From a virus: a DNA stretch of 54,094 nucleotides. This document shows positions 24,137 to 31,635 of the stretch, piece after piece (the first letter of the stretch is position 1; the number at the start of each line of letters is the position of its first letter). Location: positions 1 to 54,094 of IMG/VR virus record IMGVR_UViG_3300018059_000002. One strand, given 5' to 3'. Below the pieces are notes generated by a model, which made no database searches, was not told the origin of the DNA, and saw only the letters and a list, made by a program, of their open reading frames with translations. Made by a program: the position numbers and the translations under genes.

Positions 24137-25979
24137 AGCGTTGCGCCTCCCATGCATCAGGTACCTTAATTGGCCACGGTTGGCCGTCTTCGCACACCGC
24201 CCACGCGGGCAGCGGGCGCACGCATTCCATGTAGCCGGCGATACTGCCGAACCCGTCAGGCACTTCTGCGACACCCTCGTCGTGAGTGTGCATCACGATC
24301 GGATAGCCTGCACGCTCTAAGCGCAACAAAGAATCGGCTTGTATTTGTCGGCACATGAACGATATGACGTTTTGAGTTTGCACCCCACCATATAAGCTCA
24401 TCCTCACCCAGCCTAGCGCGCCCTTCGTTTGGTTCGAGTTGTTACCCTCATAGGACATTTCGAATTCCCACGGGCTCGCGTAGTTGCGCTGCGAAGGCGT
24501 CAGACGCGGCGCGTGATAGCGAATGTATCCACCCGAAGGCGGCCGGCAATACAGTACATCGTCGTAGACTTGATACAGTACGCCAAGCCGCGATTGTGGG
24601 TTAGAGCTGAAGCATTGACCGGGTTCTAAGATAGCGGAGATGGCGGCTCCCTCCAATCCGTACAGTATTTGCTGTTCGTTGTGTCTGAACTTATTAAGGG
24701 TTTGGCCGCCCCAAAAATTTACGATGTTGGGAATAGCGTCGCGTGTCTTCAACACCACGGCTTTAATTGCATCGTCATCGCCTAGCAGATCGTCAGCGCC
24801 AAAACGTTTCCACCCATTAACCCACGCGCCGAAGTCTGCGGACAACACTGACAGTTTACCTAGTTGCCGGTCATCGTGGTGCTTGCCGTGCTGTTTTCTA
24901 AACGCTTGATACTCTTCGACTGACTTACCCGTCAGTAACGCGGCTTGCGCTTCGTAAATCTTCCCGTGGGTTCTAAACACGTCGATGCGCCATTGTTCAT
25001 TAGCCATGCAAGACGTTGCAACCGCTTGTATGGCGGTGAAGTCCGCAGACAGCAAACGGTGTCCCGCCTTGGCGATGATCATCGAACGCAGGCAGCTTGC
25101 AACCACTTCGAGGGCATCTAACGCGCCGTTGTTCTTTGGGTCGAGCGCCCACGCTGAACCCTCGCCGTATTCATATTCGAGCAGTTCAATAGATCGGCAA
25201 CGAATGATTGCGAGCGCGCGTTCAACTTGCTCGGGCTTTGAAAAAACACCCTTGTACAAGTTGGCCGGCTGCACGCCTCTACCATTCCACAGCGAAGTGT
25301 GTGCGCCGTAATAGGTGTATTGATCGTAAAGCCGCCCCGACGATGTCGTCTGCGATCTAAACGCGTAATACTTTTTACAGCTACCAAACGCGAGGATTTG
25401 CCGGATACGCAACACACGCAACACGTTGCGCGGGTAGTCGGTGCGCTTCAATGCGTCGGCAAGCGTGTCTTCGTCAAGTTCGTAAAGATAAACGCCCTGT
25501 GTGCGCATCCATTCGAGCATTTTTGCAACTTCGGTTGACTTCTGTACCGCGTGGTTTGTTATCTCGCGCAGCTCGCTGTTATAGCGCAACTCGGCTTGTT
25601 CAATGATAACGATGCAATCTTCGACCGCTGCCGTATCGACTTGCATGCCGCGCATGTTGATACGCAAGTCAAGCTTCCATACATCGTGCTCGCGGGGCGT
25701 TAGATCAGGCACACGGGCGCTAACGTGTGCCTCGGTTATGATGTCTTGCTTGTTGTATTCATAGAACCGCGCGAAGTCATCGGCGGCAGTAAGCGGCGTC
25801 CATCGCAACGACTGGTTTGCCTTCGTGGGTTTCTTCGGCATCGTCAGCTTGCGAATTAAATCGCTGCCGGCTTTATCCTTTTGCTGCGATACGTTCAACA
25901 CTGCGCCGAGTTCGCCGAGTGCGCCGGGGTACGCAGATGCGCGAGCCTTCGCGGCAGAACAGTGAGCTTGATCAGTCAT
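24117..25979 (-). CDS. Family A DNA polymerase, C-terminal fragment (ExoIII plus polymerase domain)
   Basis: ExoIII is YNKQD, motif A is SADFTAIQA, motif B is RQLGKLSVLSADFG and motif C is VMHTHDEG. ExoI and ExoII are absent here and are found in ORF 27288..27908. Confidence 0.85.
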   Translation of the reverse strand: MTDQAHCSAAKARASAYPGALGELGAVLNVSQQKDKAGSDLIRKLTMPKKPTKANQSLRWTPLTAADDFARFYEYNKQDIITEAHVSARVPDLTPREHDVWKLDLRINMRGMQVDTAAVEDCIVIIEQAELRYNSELREITNHAVQKSTEVAKMLEWMRTQGVYLYELDEDTLADALKRTDYPRNVLRVLRIRQILAFGSCKKYYAFRSQTTSSGRLYDQYTYYGAHTSLWNGRGVQPANLYKGVFSKPEQVERALAIIRCRSIELLEYEYGEGSAWALDPKNNGALDALEVVASCLRSMIIAKAGHRLLSADFTAIQAVATSCMANEQWRIDVFRTHGKIYEAQAALLTGKSVEEYQAFRKQHGKHHDDRQLGKLSVLSADFGAWVNGWKRFGADDLLGDDDAIKAVVLKTRDAIPNIVNFWGGQTLNKFRHNEQQILYGLEGAAISAILEPGQCFSSNPQSRLGVLYQVYDDVLYCRPPSGGYIRYHAPRLTPSQRNYASPWEFEMSYEGNNSNQTKGALGWVRMSLYGGVQTQNVISFMCRQIQADSLLRLERAGYPIVMHTHDEGVAEVPDGFGSIAGYMECVRPLPAWAVCEDGQPWPIKVPDAWEAQRYGKWED

Positions 25980-26170
25980 GTGTTGTCTGTTGCCTCAAGA
26001 GGTAAGCAGTGCACAACCCAGCGCAGCGCGTATTCGACAGTTCGCGGGATTGGTGATTCCCCTGCTATGTACTTACGCATTGTTCGCTCATTGATCCCTA
26101 TTTCCTTTGCCGAGCCGCGCTGTGACAGTCCAGCGCGGTCCAGTAGCTTCGCAAGCTGGACGGCGGTCAC
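25976..26170 (-). CDS. Small XRE-like helix-turn-helix protein
   Basis: 64 aa. GLSQRGSAKEIGINERTMRKYIAG is a typical HTH. Its stop overlaps the polymerase ATG (ATGA). Confidence 0.6.
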   Translation of the reverse strand: MTAVQLAKLLDRAGLSQRGSAKEIGINERTMRKYIAGESPIPRTVEYALRWVVHCLPLEATDNT

Positions 26171-26439
26171 CGCGGCACCGGTAAATCTGAAAATACTTTA
26201 TCTATCTGTGCCGACGCCGCCTCACGTTCAGCGATATTTGCAAATCCGTCCCCTGGTGAAAAGCTAGGCTCATACAAGCGCGCATCCATGACGGCTGCAT
26301 AGATTGCGCCATCGGCTGTAAAAGTAACTCCTTTCGTGAGCGGATAAACTTTGCCGCCGATGTTTTTGTATACCCGCCACACCCATGCGTGGTGGGAATT
26401 TTTCTCGCACTGCTTAATTTCTATGCAAAGACCCATCAC
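26167..26439 (-). CDS. Hypothetical protein
   Basis: 90-aa ORF that overlaps both neighbouring genes by 4 nt. Confidence 0.55.
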   Translation of the reverse strand: MMGLCIEIKQCEKNSHHAWVWRVYKNIGGKVYPLTKGVTFTADGAIYAAVMDARLYEPSFSPGDGFANIAEREAASAQIDKVFSDLPVPR

Positions 26440-26636
26440 AGCACCGCCTTACGCTTTTTGTCATAAATCACAGTATCGTCATCGTTCAGTATCTGCACGT
26501 AGTCTGCATCTGGATATTCGTCCATGTAATCCTTGACTGCTCGTTTTGCGACCTGCAAGCCATCAACATCTTCTGCATCGATGATGATGTTGCCGTCTGC
26601 ATCTAGCGCGATAATTCTGTAGTAACCCATCTTCAT
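26436..26636 (-). CDS. Hypothetical acidic protein
   Basis: 66-aa ORF with GGGAGA upstream of the ATG. It is the first gene downstream of the promoter at 26664-26693. Confidence 0.55.
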   Translation of the reverse strand: MKMGYYRIIALDADGNIIIDAEDVDGLQVAKRAVKDYMDEYPDADYVQILNDDDTVIYDKKRKAVL

Positions 26637-26663
26637 TCTCCCGTTTGCGTTGTCAATGGGTGT

Positions 26664-26693
26664 ATTAGACCATTAAACCCTATAGGGTGTCAA
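26664..26693 (-). promoter_or_regulatory. Sigma-70-like promoter with CCCTATAGGG palindrome in the spacer
   Basis: Minus strand: TTGACA (26693-26688), an 18-nt spacer, then TCTAAT (26669-26664). The spacer contains the perfect 10-bp palindrome CCCTATAGGG (26678-26687). Confidence 0.5.
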
Positions 26694-26709
26694 GCCCTAT
26701 ACAAGAAAT

Positions 26710-27012
26710 TTATTTAGGGGGCTCCGATCCTGTGGTCTGAGGTAAGCACCGGAGACCAATTTTAGTGGTGCCTCTAGTACCGCCAAGCGATAGACTTTTT
26801 GCAGAATAAAATTGATTTAGCTCACAATTGTGTAGCGCGACATATCCGCCGCCCTCTAATATTGCGCAAGGATACGGCACGCCATCATCGTCTTTGCCTT
26901 CCTCTGCGCAGCCGCTCACGCGATCCACCTCGTGTGATTCACCATAGGCAACCCAGAGAACCATGCCGTAGCTCAGCTCATTATTAAGCGTTTGAATTTC
27001 GTCGTCATTCAT
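26710..27012 (-). CDS. Hypothetical protein, EEGKDDDGVPYPCAI family (paralog of 28057..28446)
   Basis: Start trimmed to ATG 27012 (MNDDEIQTL...). It shares EEGKDDDGVPYPCAI...FYSAK and about 44 nt of near-identical DNA with the 28283-28326 region. Confidence 0.55.
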   Translation of the reverse strand: MNDDEIQTLNNELSYGMVLWVAYGESHEVDRVSGCAEEGKDDDGVPYPCAILEGGGYVALHNCELNQFYSAKSLSLGGTRGTTKIGLRCLPQTTGSEPPK

Positions 27013-27259
27013 TGTCACTACCTCTGTTCTGGAGCGGGGTTCCGGTGATGTGAATGCGCTCAACCATTGCTTGATGCGCACGTATCGAACCCTCGCTGGC
27101 CTCGTCTTGTGCAACGAACTTGCCGCGCTTCTTTGTTGCCTCGTCCCATTCCCAGACGTAGGTTTCTGCATAGCGCGCTTGCACCACCATTGCAGATAAA
27201 TCACGGTCAATTGTGCTGACGACAAAGCCACCAATGTAAGTCACTGCGAGCGAACTCAT
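27005..27259 (-). CDS. Hypothetical protein
   Basis: 84-aa ORF with GGAGG 8 nt upstream of the ATG at 27259. Confidence 0.5.
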   Translation of the reverse strand: MSSLAVTYIGGFVVSTIDRDLSAMVVQARYAETYVWEWDEATKKRGKFVAQDEASEGSIRAHQAMVERIHITGTPLQNRGSDNE

Positions 27260-27287
27260 TTCGTGCCACCTCCGGTTTGGTTAGGTT

Positions 27288-27908
27288 TCATAGAGGCGGC
27301 AGCCCTTGTTCATCGCAATGAAACGGAGGCCAGCCTAACACTGGTACACAATGAACATTCCATACGGTCCATTCAAAGTTAACGTTATGCGCTTCAAGCT
27401 TGCCTCCAGCTTCGACGTGTTCGAGTAGCGTTACCGGGTGCAGTAGGTTCGGGCACTCGCACGGGCACCCGAACCTTACAGGGCAATCGCACGCGTGGTT
27501 AACATCGTACCGTGGGTATTGTTTATAAGTTGTTGAGGGTTCCGGCCGCCACCATTGCACCCCGTTGCCGTCTTTAAGATTGTAAGCGAGCGACAATACC
27601 TCAAAGCTATGATGTTCTACGTAGTTACGCGTGCCCACCGCTTTAAGCCCGCGGTTTTGAGCTGACAGACCCGGCGGCGAATCCCATTTTTGTTCTAGCG
27701 GATTCCACACCAAACCCGCTTCGCTGTATGTTTCAAAATCGAAATCAGGTAACACAGTTGCAAGGCCGATGCCTGCAACAAATTGTGTACCGGCGCGTGC
27801 GTGTCGCCAGTCAACCATTATCGGGTGCCTTAGTAGGTAGCCGCTGTTGCCGCAATCGAAGTTCTTCAAATAGGGATTGCGGGCATTGGCAATATTCGAC
27901 AGCCGCAT
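27288..27908 (-). CDS. Family A DNA polymerase, N-terminal 3'-5' exonuclease fragment (ExoI plus ExoII)
   Basis: 206 aa. ExoI is LPDFDFETYSEAG and ExoII is LEAHNVNFEWTVWN. The ORF ends at a stop (27288) just where intact homologues continue toward ExoIII. Confidence 0.7.
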   Translation of the reverse strand: MRLSNIANARNPYLKNFDCGNSGYLLRHPIMVDWRHARAGTQFVAGIGLATVLPDFDFETYSEAGLVWNPLEQKWDSPPGLSAQNRGLKAVGTRNYVEHHSFEVLSLAYNLKDGNGVQWWRPEPSTTYKQYPRYDVNHACDCPVRFGCPCECPNLLHPVTLLEHVEAGGKLEAHNVNFEWTVWNVHCVPVLGWPPFHCDEQGLPPL

Positions 27909-27968
27909 AGGGGACCGGCGTAACCAATGTCTTTAATGGCAACCAGCATATTCCGCAGTGTGCCTCAC

Positions 27969-28172
27969 TCATAGTGCTGATCCTGATGCCTCAAGAGGTA
28001 GTCCATAGCGTTTACTAAGCTCCCTCGCCAATGCAATCCGTTCTCGGGTAACTCGCTCATGGTCCCTCTGCGTAAAGGATGCGGCTTGAGTGAACGGCCA
28101 TTCTTGATCGGAATACTTCAACTCGGCAATCAACATGCCGACCATAGCCTTTCGTATCTGCTGACGATTCAT
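27969..28172 (-). CDS. Hypothetical protein
   Basis: 67-aa ORF of balanced composition. Its C-terminal LPLEA, and 14 nt (tgcctcaagaggta), are shared with the end of ORF 25976..26170. Confidence 0.45.
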   Translation of the reverse strand: MNRQQIRKAMVGMLIAELKYSDQEWPFTQAASFTQRDHERVTRERIALARELSKRYGLPLEASGSAL

Positions 28173-28446
28173 GCCTCACGCATGACTTTTCTCGTGTGTG
28201 TGTGGTCCGAGATAGTCTCTTGGCTGAATAGAACATGCTCAGTTCGGCGGAATACAGCGCGGCATAGCGACCGTTTGCAAATATCGCGCAAGGGTACGGC
28301 ACACCATCATCGTCTTTGCCTTCTTCCGGATGACCACCAATCCCGACAACTTCGCGCGCCTCAATGCCGCTTATCCAAAAAACCACACCGCGCTTAACTG
28401 CCTGTCTCAACAAGTCGATTTGCTCATCATTCATTGCCGTGCTCAT
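28057..28446 (-). CDS. Hypothetical protein, EEGKDDDGVPYPCAI family (3' end uncertain)
   Basis: The N-terminal roughly 85 aa parallel ORF 26710..27012. The C-terminal roughly 40 aa overlap ORF 27969..28172 out of frame and look like read-through. Confidence 0.45.
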   Translation of the reverse strand: MSTAMNDEQIDLLRQAVKRGVVFWISGIEAREVVGIGGHPEEGKDDDGVPYPCAIFANGRYAALYSAELSMFYSAKRLSRTTHTREKSCVRHESSADTKGYGRHVDCRVEVFRSRMAVHSSRILYAEGP

Positions 28447-28496
28447 GTATAGGATTCAAAGACGCCAAGTCGATAAGTGACAGTAGGAGCAAGACT

Positions 28497-28730
28497 TTAC
28501 TCGTGTTGCGTTAGGCACCACAATGCTAGCAATTCGGCTGCATCCAACACAATGCGAATATCACGTTGTGGGATGCCCGTCGCGCTATTGATCAGTACTA
28601 AAATTGCTTGCCGACTCAACCCCGACGACTTCATGGCTTTAGCAGAAGTGGAAACTTTGCGAATCGAATCGGCCACGCGTTTGAAGTCTTCGCGTGTTGG
28701 CTCCGATAGTTTTTTGATTGCGGTTGCCAT
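28497..28730 (-). CDS. Hypothetical protein
   Basis: 77-aa ORF with GAGGTG upstream of the ATG at 28730. Confidence 0.5.
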   Translation of the reverse strand: MATAIKKLSEPTREDFKRVADSIRKVSTSAKAMKSSGLSRQAILVLINSATGIPQRDIRIVLDAAELLALWCLTQHE

Positions 28731-28750
28731 CTCTTCACCTCTTGCCCATT

Positions 28751-28804
28751 CCCCGCTGCTGTCCGGTCCGAATCGAACACGGGTATCACGGCTCAGCAGC
28801 GGGG
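28751..28804 (-). other. Long-range hairpin between the SSB gene and the next gene
   Basis: ccccgctgctg (28751-28761) pairs perfectly with cagcagcgggg (28794-28804), an 11-bp stem enclosing 32 nt. No U-run follows on either strand. Confidence 0.5.
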
Positions 28805-28814
28805 CGGGACTCAG

Positions 28815-29901
28815 TTAAAACGGTATGTCATCGTCAAATCGCGGGTCATATGGATACATCGGTTTAGTCGCCGGCAGCAAATGCGCCGGTAGCTTACCGC
28901 CTACAATCCCCTCAAAGTCGCACCATGTGACCGGCCGAAATCATGGCCGCGTCAATCCACCCTTTTTGCCGGAAGTCTTCGTAGCGCGCCCCCTGTGGGT
29001 TTGCCATGCGGTAACCGGCCGGTGCGCCTAAGGGATCGGGAGCCGGTGCCGCTGCCTGAGGAACTGCCGGAACCGGTGCGGGTGACGCCCCTGCCACAGG
29101 TGGCGCTAAGAAGCCGGCGTGCGGTGTCACGGGCACAGGGGCAGCGCCGGGGGCCATCGTGCCGGCGGTCGGAGTAGGCGACGGCTGCGTATAACCGCCT
29201 CCAGGCACGCTAGGCGACGGCGTAGCGCTAGGGGCCACCGTAGAAGACGGGAACGCGGCAGAGCCTACGGGGGCGGCTGTTACGCCGGCAGGCAGCGCCG
29301 ATCGACCGAACCCCACGGCGCGAGGGTCGGGGCCACTCACGATTTCCTTACCCGGCGCACGGAAAGCAACCATGTTGTGGTTGAGGTAAACGCCCGGTTT
29401 CTGCGTTTGGCCGTTGCCTTGCACAGTGCCGAACACTTCCACCCAAAAACCGGGTTTAACTAGGCCCGGTTGCAGCATCGGGTTGCCCTGTTCATCGAAC
29501 ACCTTAACGGGGAACGATGAACTAAATTTGAGAATCCAGCAACCGAGGTGCCCTTCGCGATCACAATTTTTGCGGCCGTTCTGATTCGGGATTTGACTAT
29601 CGCCGTCCTCGATCTTCCACGCGAAATTAGGGCTTGCGGTTTGACCTTGCGGCCATGCGGCATTTGCAATCGCGAGAATCGTTTGACCCCACGGCTCCAC
29701 CCACCACTGCGCTGCGGTTTTTTGAATCGCTAGCGCGAAGTAATAGCGGACGGTTGGCTTGCCAGCGTTCGGGCCTTCACGGGTGACCAGTGGTTTGCCT
29801 TGGGCGTCTTTATCTTGCGGTTCGTACAAATCGCCCTGAACGATACGGCCGACTGGAAATAGAATCGAATTTTGATTTTGCTGTGTAGCGGGTGCGTTCA
29901 T
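28815..29901 (-). CDS. SSB isoform carrying a DDDIPF tail, if a +1 shift occurs at CTT_TGA (28917-28912)
   Basis: The +1 frame is open from 28940 to the TAA at 28817-28815. It encodes EGIVGGKLPAHLLPATKPMYPYDPRFDDDIPF, and DDDIPF is the canonical bacterial SSB C-terminal tip. Confidence 0.45.
28912..29901 (-). CDS. Single-stranded DNA-binding protein (DUF2815-like), 0-frame product
   Basis: 329 aa. The N-terminal domain (FPVGRIVQGDLYEPQ...YYFALAI...FWVEVFG) resembles DUF2815 phage SSBs. It has a Pro/Ala-rich linker and ends at CTT TGA. Confidence 0.7.
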   Translation of the reverse strand: MNAPATQQNQNSILFPVGRIVQGDLYEPQDKDAQGKPLVTREGPNAGKPTVRYYFALAIQKTAAQWWVEPWGQTILAIANAAWPQGQTASPNFAWKIEDGDSQIPNQNGRKNCDREGHLGCWILKFSSSFPVKVFDEQGNPMLQPGLVKPGFWVEVFGTVQGNGQTQKPGVYLNHNMVAFRAPGKEIVSGPDPRAVGFGRSALPAGVTAAPVGSAAFPSSTVAPSATPSPSVPGGGYTQPSPTPTAGTMAPGAAPVPVTPHAGFLAPPVAGASPAPVPAVPQAAAPAPDPLGAPAGYRMANPQGARYEDFRQKGWIDAAMISAGHMVRL

Positions 29902-31100
29902 TTTGAAAATACCTTGCGTGCAGTGATGGAATTATCGCGCGTCAGCTTCAACGCGGCGGCGGGTCTATGAGCGTAGTGTTTCATCGTTTCCGCGTCAACG
30001 CCGAATTGTATCGCTTGCGTGGGTGTTACAAGTGAATCCTTTTTAGTTTGTGGCTTCCGTAAATCGATGCCGATAAGATCGCCCAAACCGACGACCTCGT
30101 CAACATTAACATCGTCGTAGTATGTTAACCGGGATTGACCGGGGGTCATGTGGAAAAATGAGATGGGTTTACCTTGTCGCATTAGCGCCTCAGCTTGTGC
30201 TGCTAGGCCCGTCTCACGTGCTTCAAGGCGTTTAATGATGTTTTGTACCATCGCTAACTCGGTGCCGATTGCTTCGGGTGGCATCTCTACGATTTCGCCG
30301 GTTGTAGCGAAATCAATAAAAACGCCGGTCGCGTATTGTAACGTTTTACAGACGTGGCGCGCCCTGCAATCAACGCATGAATCATTGGTTGTTGCAACTG
30401 GATCGGAGCCAAGCGCCGCATGCGCAGCATTTGATGCGATGTTCAAATAGTTACGCAGCACATATGCCTGAACGCGCCACCACCTAACAGGGCCGTCGGC
30501 TCGATAGCATCGCGGTTGCACGATACACATCTCTACCCACAAATTAAGGTCTGCGTCATCCAGGTTTAACCGATCCATTACACCTGATGTGTATGAGGTT
30601 GTCTGATAGTTGCCGAACACTTCCACGTAGCGGTGTCCGTATTTGTATTCACCCACACGCAACAGTTTGATTAGGCCGCGCGCAAATAGATCGGGCGATA
30701 TTTCAGGCGGGCAGACTTTATGCGCGAAGCGCGCATCGGGAAAAAATCGCCATGCATCCGGTGTTCCGGCGCAGTGTTCGGGATGTACACGCTTGATAGA
30801 TACGGCGTCCTCAAGGCGCAATGACGAATGGAAACCGCCTATTGCTTCGGCGTACATCGTTGCGCCTGCTACCATATCAACATCCACGGTCCACTGGCGG
30901 CCCCGATACTCCATCTTAAATCCGACAGGCAACGTATGGCCGTACCCGCGAGCGTAATTCAACGCGACCATGTGCGCGAATGTTCCCTCGGCTTCTTCTT
31001 CGGTCTCAGGTAACGGCGGCACTTGTTCTTGCAATTGCACGGAAGCGGGACACTTCACAGTAAGATCAAGAGATGACGGGGCAATACGCGCGTGGCTCAT
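29898..31100 (-). CDS. PD-(D/E)XK / Cas4-like exonuclease (DUF2800-like)
   Basis: Start trimmed to ATG 31100, just after the upstream TAA. The C-terminal half has a Cys cluster (CVDCRARHVC). It sits at the usual DUF2800 position next to DUF2815 and PolA. Confidence 0.6.
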   Translation of the reverse strand: MSHARIAPSSLDLTVKCPASVQLQEQVPPLPETEEEAEGTFAHMVALNYARGYGHTLPVGFKMEYRGRQWTVDVDMVAGATMYAEAIGGFHSSLRLEDAVSIKRVHPEHCAGTPDAWRFFPDARFAHKVCPPEISPDLFARGLIKLLRVGEYKYGHRYVEVFGNYQTTSYTSGVMDRLNLDDADLNLWVEMCIVQPRCYRADGPVRWWRVQAYVLRNYLNIASNAAHAALGSDPVATTNDSCVDCRARHVCKTLQYATGVFIDFATTGEIVEMPPEAIGTELAMVQNIIKRLEARETGLAAQAEALMRQGKPISFFHMTPGQSRLTYYDDVNVDEVVGLGDLIGIDLRKPQTKKDSLVTPTQAIQFGVDAETMKHYAHRPAAALKLTRDNSITARKVFSK

Positions 31101-31101
31101 T

Positions 31102-31635
31102 TTAAAATTTCCAAAGTTGGGGCTTGGAACCTTTTGGTAAATATAAGGGGTGCTTCGGGACACCGCCTTTTGTTAATCCAAGCGTGTGTAATTTTTCAGG
31201 CGCAACTGTGCTTAAGTGATGTTGCACGCGGTCGGCAAGCTCTTTATGAGCGATGGTGCCCCACGTGCAAATAATTAATGAGGCTTCAAGTGCATGACGA
31301 ATTAAAAACCCCTCGTTGTGGTCAATGATCAATTGTCCCGGTATACGCGTTTGTTTTGGGTCTGTACTCCGATAGGGGTTCACATTTACAAAAACCATTT
31401 TCGTATAACCCCACGCAGATGTGAACCCCCATCCGCGTCGCTCTGTTGCATCATCTATTTTAGCGTCAGTAAGCGACGGGTTGGCACACACCCACAGGAC
31501 AAAATCAGCATTAAGATGCGCAACAGGTTTGTCAAACAACGTTGCGCAACGGACACACGGGCAATCTAATCCTGCCTGACGGGTCAAATCATAACGATAT
31601 GACCCGCACGGGCTTATTGTTGCATCCCGTATCAT
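31102..31635 (-). CDS. DUF1643-like protein
   Basis: 177 aa. SPCGSYRYDLTR...NPSLTDA...DDATERR...ICTWGT...GGVPKHPLYL matches the DUF1643 pattern as I recall it. Confidence 0.65.
   Translation of the reverse strand: MIRDATISPCGSYRYDLTRQAGLDCPCVRCATLFDKPVAHLNADFVLWVCANPSLTDAKIDDATERRGWGFTSAWGYTKMVFVNVNPYRSTDPKQTRIPGQLIIDHNEGFLIRHALEASLIICTWGTIAHKELADRVQHHLSTVAPEKLHTLGLTKGGVPKHPLYLPKGSKPQLWKF

Noticed and set aside
23903-24274. The full-length 123-aa version of ORF 23903..24274, and the 22401..23900 start of the helicase.
   Set aside because: The upstream part of the 123-aa ORF overlaps the polymerase 3' end out of frame. The first 11 helicase codons cover the promoter cassette and begin at a TTG. 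Internal ATGs with an RBS (24136 and 23867) are more plausible.
30088-30103. Partial dyad matches inside coding regions: 30088-30103 (14/16), 53390-53405 (13/16) and 22379-22394 (14/16).
   Set aside because: No -35 or -10 hexamers, TGTGACGC box or leader box accompany them. The first two simply encode the peptide DEVVG, and the third encodes TDDFV at a gene start. They are probably coding coincidences, though weak operator function is not excluded.
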